This document shows, in pieces, positions 61,195 to 64,000 of a stretch of 64,000 bases of DNA. Each line of letters opens with the position of its first letter. The stretch's first letter is position 1. Source of the DNA: a virus (taxonomy: Duplodnaviria > Caudoviricetes); the IMG/VR virus record IMGVR_UViG_3300012943_000004, positions 1 through 64,000 of that record, one strand, 5' to 3'. Made by a program: the position numbers and the translations under genes. The notes below the pieces were generated by a model. The model made no database searches. It was not told the origin of the DNA and saw only the letters and a list, made by a program, of their open reading frames with translations.

Positions 61195-63972
61195 ATGTCA
61201 ACAGATGTTTTTAGGTCAGATCAAGCGATAGACCTAACTCAAGCTCGCGCACGCGAGGCGGTCCGTAAGTTCCGGCCCATGCAGGCTGGACTTACGGGCT
61301 TTGCGCGTGCGCTCACAGGGCGAAACGTCACAGTCGAACTCGCTGTCGGGATACCTCGAACCGATGGGAAGAGGATTTACTACCATCCTCCCATCGCTCT
61401 GGGTGACAACCATACTCACGTCAGGAGTCTCTGTAACAAGCGTGATCCAGAGACGTTAGTCCTGAAGTGCAAGGCCTGTGATGTTCACGAAGAAATCATG
61501 GTGGACATCTACCATGAGATCGGGCATATCGCAGGCGGCTCATTCGAGAAGCCGTCACAAGAAGATATCGACGTGATGATTAAGGCCTCAATCGACGAGC
61601 GCGGCTCGAAGTACTCGAAGCTGGTTCAGGACGCCCTTAAGCAGAGGCAGACTCAAGCTGGTTACGGCTACATCTCAGTGAGTTCTCTACTGAGTGAGTA
61701 CATGCCGATTCTTGTGAACGTTCTCGAGGACTGTCGAGTCGACGTTGCTATGCATCGCGCTCGCAAGGGCACAAAGATCATGTTTGACTCGCAGACTCAG
61801 AAGTTGTTCCGCGACGGCAAGGAAGCTGACGACGGCACTATTCTTCACTGGATCGACAGGCCCGTCAATCATCAGGCGGTAATCGGAATCCTGCTGATTG
61901 CCTGCAAGTACAAGTACGACGGCTGGCTTTTGCCGGAAATCGAGGAGATGCTCAAAGATGAAGAACTCAACAGAATTGTCCGACGAATCGACTCGGCAAC
62001 CCGAGCCAAAGACGCCTATCGGCTCGCCTTTCCGGTTCTCGACCGACTTCGGGAACTTGGGTATTGTAAGCTCCCTGAAGACCCTATCCAGGATGAGCCC
62101 GAAGATGAGCCTGAAGAGTCAGGCGAGCCTGGTGAATCTGGAGAGTCAAGTCAGGAAGAGTCTGATGAAAGTGGATCGTTGGATGAAAGTGGCGATCCAG
62201 GCCCTGCGTCAGAAGATGGCTCAGGTTCTTCTGGATCTCCTGAGTCCGATCCTGGAGAAGAATCTGCGTCTGAAGAAGGCGATGACTCCACTGATGGTTC
62301 GCCTGGAGATGGCAGCGAGTCCTCTGATGATTCTTCGGATAGTAGCGATGGATCTGGGAGTGGAGAGTCAGATCCTGACGGTGATGCTGGATCGTCAGAC
62401 GGCAGCGGTACTGAAAGTGGAAGAAACGATTCGTCAAACGAAGAACAGGAGCAGGTAGATGGCACAGATAGTGACTCGGTATCTCCAGGATCTGTCGATG
62501 GTGAGGGATCTCCGTCCGTGGAGGGACGCGGCGCCGGAGGCACAGCAGATGAATCTCCTCAGTCCGGGAGCTCGCAGCGAGCGCCGGAAGGTAGTGATCC
62601 TGGGGAGGATTCAGAAGAGGGGAGAGCCGACTCGTTACATCAAGGTGACGAAGATGGAGCACCATGCGGAAGTCCAGATCAAGCTGGGTCCGGAGGTGGA
62701 GCTGGTGACGGTAACGAGCTCGTACTGGAAGGATCCAGCGATGAGGCTGTCCCTGGACGACACGACGAGAGCGGCGAGCCAGATGGTGAGGGAGATCGCG
62801 GAAGCGGAAATGGCCAGGAGGATTCTGGCAGATCTGAACAGGCATCTGAACAAGCATCTGAACTAGACCCTGTTGAGTCTGGCGAGGACCGCGGGATGGG
62901 CGGCGTTCAGACTAATGCTGCGGACGGCGGAAGAGCTGCTGATCTGAATGCAGAGATCAAGGTCTTTGCGCATCACGATCTGGACTTCAGTAACATAACA
63001 CCTGAAGATCATGGTTCGTCCGCCGCCGAGGAAGCTGCGATGGAAGTTGCAATCATGCAGAGTCTGTACTTTGAGACTGCATCGCAGAACGTTGCAGGAG
63101 TCAGGATCCATAAGTTCGGTCAGCCAATATTAGACAGTAATGGCGACATCCTTTCCGAGGGCTGGCCCGTGCCTGGAATGTCACAGGCGACTTTAGTCAG
63201 GAAGGGCTTCTCGTGCGACATGTCTGTAGACGAGGCTGTAATCGGCCCGATGCTTCTGCAAATGCGAGCAGTCTTTGCCGAGAACCGCAGAGCTGAAATG
63301 CTTCGCAACCAGCGGTCAGGCAGAGTTCGCACCAAGAGTTTGGGCCGAAGGTTTGCGATCCAGGACGACAGGCTCTTCCAGAAGAAGCGGATTCCCGGCA
63401 AGAGATCCTACGGAGCGATTCTTGGAATCGACATCTCAGGGTCGACAACTGGTACGAACGTTATCCTTGCCAAGCGTGCCGCTAAGTATCAGGCAGAGCT
63501 ATTCTTTAGAACAGGCGTAGAGTTTGCTATCTACGCCCATACTGCATGGCGAACCACACAGAAGTCTACTCTTGGCGATTCGTCGCTGTGGCTGGACATG
63601 TACGAGATCAAGCGATTCGACGAACTCTGGAACGAGGACACGAAGAGCCGTCTCGACTCCATTGGACCAGACGCGCTTAACCTTGACGGACACGGTTTGG
63701 AGTATTACCGTAAAGTCATCGAAAAGACGAGCTACACGGATCTCCTTATCGAGTATTTCACTGACGGCGAGATGCCTGCAGCTAATCACGACGAGGAGCT
63801 CGAGATCCTTCAGCGCGAAATCAAGGTCTGTGCGCAGAAGAAGATTCATCTAGTCGGCGTAGGCATCCATACTGATTCTCCGATTCGTCACGGCTTGGAT
63901 ACGGTTCAGATCGATAGTGAAAATGATCTCAAGAAAGTCATTACTCATATCGGTCAGTTATTCATGCGCTGA
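61195..63972 (+). CDS. vWA-domain protein (CobT/CbbO-like): HExxH N-terminal domain, long acidic linker, C-terminal vWA
   Basis: YHEIGH and NVLEDCRVD; ~290-aa D/E/S/G-rich linker; MIDAS DISGS ... HT ... FTDG; AAGGAG RBS. Confidence 0.85.
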   Translation: MSTDVFRSDQAIDLTQARAREAVRKFRPMQAGLTGFARALTGRNVTVELAVGIPRTDGKRIYYHPPIALGDNHTHVRSLCNKRDPETLVLKCKACDVHEEIMVDIYHEIGHIAGGSFEKPSQEDIDVMIKASIDERGSKYSKLVQDALKQRQTQAGYGYISVSSLLSEYMPILVNVLEDCRVDVAMHRARKGTKIMFDSQTQKLFRDGKEADDGTILHWIDRPVNHQAVIGILLIACKYKYDGWLLPEIEEMLKDEELNRIVRRIDSATRAKDAYRLAFPVLDRLRELGYCKLPEDPIQDEPEDEPEESGEPGESGESSQEESDESGSLDESGDPGPASEDGSGSSGSPESDPGEESASEEGDDSTDGSPGDGSESSDDSSDSSDGSGSGESDPDGDAGSSDGSGTESGRNDSSNEEQEQVDGTDSDSVSPGSVDGEGSPSVEGRGAGGTADESPQSGSSQRAPEGSDPGEDSEEGRADSLHQGDEDGAPCGSPDQAGSGGGAGDGNELVLEGSSDEAVPGRHDESGEPDGEGDRGSGNGQEDSGRSEQASEQASELDPVESGEDRGMGGVQTNAADGGRAADLNAEIKVFAHHDLDFSNITPEDHGSSAAEEAAMEVAIMQSLYFETASQNVAGVRIHKFGQPILDSNGDILSEGWPVPGMSQATLVRKGFSCDMSVDEAVIGPMLLQMRAVFAENRRAEMLRNQRSGRVRTKSLGRRFAIQDDRLFQKKRIPGKRSYGAILGIDISGSTTGTNVILAKRAAKYQAELFFRTGVEFAIYAHTAWRTTQKSTLGDSSLWLDMYEIKRFDELWNEDTKSRLDSIGPDALNLDGHGLEYYRKVIEKTSYTDLLIEYFTDGEMPAANHDEELEILQREIKVCAQKKIHLVGVGIHTDSPIRHGLDTVQIDSENDLKKVITHIGQLFMR

Positions 63973-64000
63973 TTGCCGGATAACACTTCTATGCGGGTAC

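Noticed and set aside
1-64000. Prophage or temperate functions (integrase, repressor, att site) and host genes
   Set aside because: None recognisable in the window; lifestyle cannot be inferred from this fragment

Overview
Fragment of a long-tailed (siphovirus-type) dsDNA phage genome. The host is very likely an actinobacterium: the window encodes a WhiB-family regulator, an actinophage-type endolysin and a DUF732-like lipoprotein, and carries TTGACA/TTGACG-N17/18-TAGxxT promoters. Layout: (i) 1-6176, + strand: DUF4406-like protein, RusA, beta-class DNA methyltransferase, WhiB, Cas4-like exonuclease. (ii) ~40285 down to 6240, - strand, virion and lysis operon: an unusual large TerS-position protein, TerL, Mu-like DUF935 portal, protease/scaffold, decoration, major capsid, connectors, tail tube, frameshifted tail chaperones, 2030-aa tape measure with NlpC/P60, Dit/hub/fibres, a three-gene glycan-active block, endolysin and four membrane proteins. 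(iii) 40683-45428, + strand: AEP primase, Zn-finger/DUF3987 helicase-like protein, MazG-like protein, lone SLT-like enzyme. (iv) 45430-47100: ~1.65 kb without credible genes, rich in repeated motifs and palindromes. (v) 47099-63972, + strand, early/accessory region: small ORFs, two distant paralogs, tRNA-Leu(UAA), structured intergenic tracts, and a MoxR AAA+ / vWA pair. No integrase, repressor, reverse transcriptase, DNA polymerase or CRISPR array was seen. Best novelty candidates: a dispersed, covarying GAAA-capped hairpin cassette in front of early genes; a TGT-like/Cys4/TerS-position protein; a ~330-nt putative structured ncRNA; the CAAAACGGAC and GTTGMCAWWATT motif fields; and a MoxR (with tandem Cys4 modules) plus metallopeptidase-vWA system. 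All protein family calls come from motif recognition by eye, without database searches.
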